Assembly: GCF_000143415.4 (NCBI RefSeq)
Contig: NW_003314268.1
Coordinates: 1,658,672 to 1,722,671 of the forward strand
Direction: 5' to 3'
Source of the DNA: Selaginella moellendorffii
Taxonomy: Eukaryota > Plantae > Lycopodiophyta
Length of the DNA stretch: 64,000 bases
Shown one piece after another: positions 63,091 to 64,000 of this stretch. The notes below the pieces were generated by a model. That model worked only from the letters and a program-made list of their open reading frames with translations, was not told the DNA's origin and ran no database searches. The stretch's first letter is position 1. Each line of letters begins with the position of its first letter. Both the position numbers and the translations under genes were made by a program.

Positions 63091-63942
63091 ATGTTTTGGG
63101 CAGTCACGCTCTTCCTCTTCTCAGCTTTCATTCTCAGGCAATGGCTCTCCAGCATATCTCTCAATCTTCCACCAGGTCCCAGAGGATTACCACTCATCGG
63201 CCACTTCCATCTCCTGGCCATGGGCAAGCTGCCACACATCGCACTCCAGCAGCTCTCCAAGAGATTTGGACCCCTCTTTCACTTGCGCCTGGGATCTGTC
63301 CCTGTGTTCGTGGTCTCCAGTCCAGCGATGGCCAAGGAGTTTCTCAAGATCCACGACACGGAATTCGCCTATAGGCCTCGTAACAACACAGCCTCCATAA
63401 TCTTTGACTTCAGGAGCATGTCTTTCTCGCCGTATGGAGACTACTGGAAGAAGCTGAGGAAGCTCTGTGCCACGGAGCTATTCACGGCCAAGAGGGTGAG
63501 TTTGAACGCGCAGATCATCCGGGACGAGCTGTGGGATCTCAGTCGCGAGCTCTCGAGGGCTTCCAAAGCTGGCCAAGTTGTGGGCGTGAGATCACATTTG
63601 AGGGCGCTGAGCTTCAATGTCATGACTCGTATCCTTATGAAGAAGACTTATTTTGGGTCCAAGGCGTCTGGTGATCCCGCGATTGCGGAAGACGCCTCGA
63701 ATTTCATTGGGATGATTGATGAGTTTCTTGAGGTGGGAGCTGAGTTTTCGATCACTGACTATTTCCCCTACTTAAGCTGGCTCGACTTGGTTGCCCGCCG
63801 CGCAAGGGTGGCTGGGGATAAGATGAATGGCTTCTTGCAAAAGGTTTTGGACGAGCAGCGCCCTGGTGAGGTTCCCGATTTCGTGGAGATCACAATGTCT
63901 CACATTGGAAACGATGCGGCCAATCTCAAAGCTCTGCTCATG
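63091..63942 (+). CDS. Cytochrome P450 (CYP71-clan) exon 1; gene continues beyond the window
   Basis: Open 284 codons from ATG to LKALLM|GTAAGT, the typical A-type P450 intron position before the I-helix. Confidence 0.88.
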
Positions 63943-64000
63943 GTAAGTTGCAAACCTAGTAGTTTTTATTTAGTTTTTATTTACTTGATTATTTTGATAG

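Overview
Eukaryotic, transposon-rich plant DNA. The ~50-bp GT-AG introns, TTTAGGG repeats and CYP71-clan P450s suggest a small-genome non-seed plant such as Selaginella (inference). The main structure is two inverted copies of a ~13.4-kb DNA transposon: 8645-22040 (TSD AGAA) and 33539-46825 (TSD TAGA). Each has 24-bp TIRs and two divergent genes. One is a Sola1-like/unclassified DDE transposase (DKMDQ..QTDN..ENKN..GHTHEDVD). The other is an 11-exon, ~1640-aa protein that appears to join a ParB/Srx-like domain, a degenerate beta-class amino-methyltransferase fold, an acidic disordered linker and an FCP1/SCP-type HAD phosphatase. A 22-bp palindrome (ATGGCRTGNGGCCNCAYGCCAT) occurs ~25 times across the element, in introns, UTRs and coding sequence. 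I propose it is the cis half of an element-encoded protein/operator system. The rest of the window holds Copia remnants, solo LTRs and fragments of a microsatellite-bearing LARD-like family, a young gag-only Gypsy element, a chromovirus remnant, a TRIM, an assembly gap (42482-43284), and a mosaic of MSH2, LeuC and P450 gene fragments partly duplicated at both window ends. All domain calls are by eye; no database searches were run.
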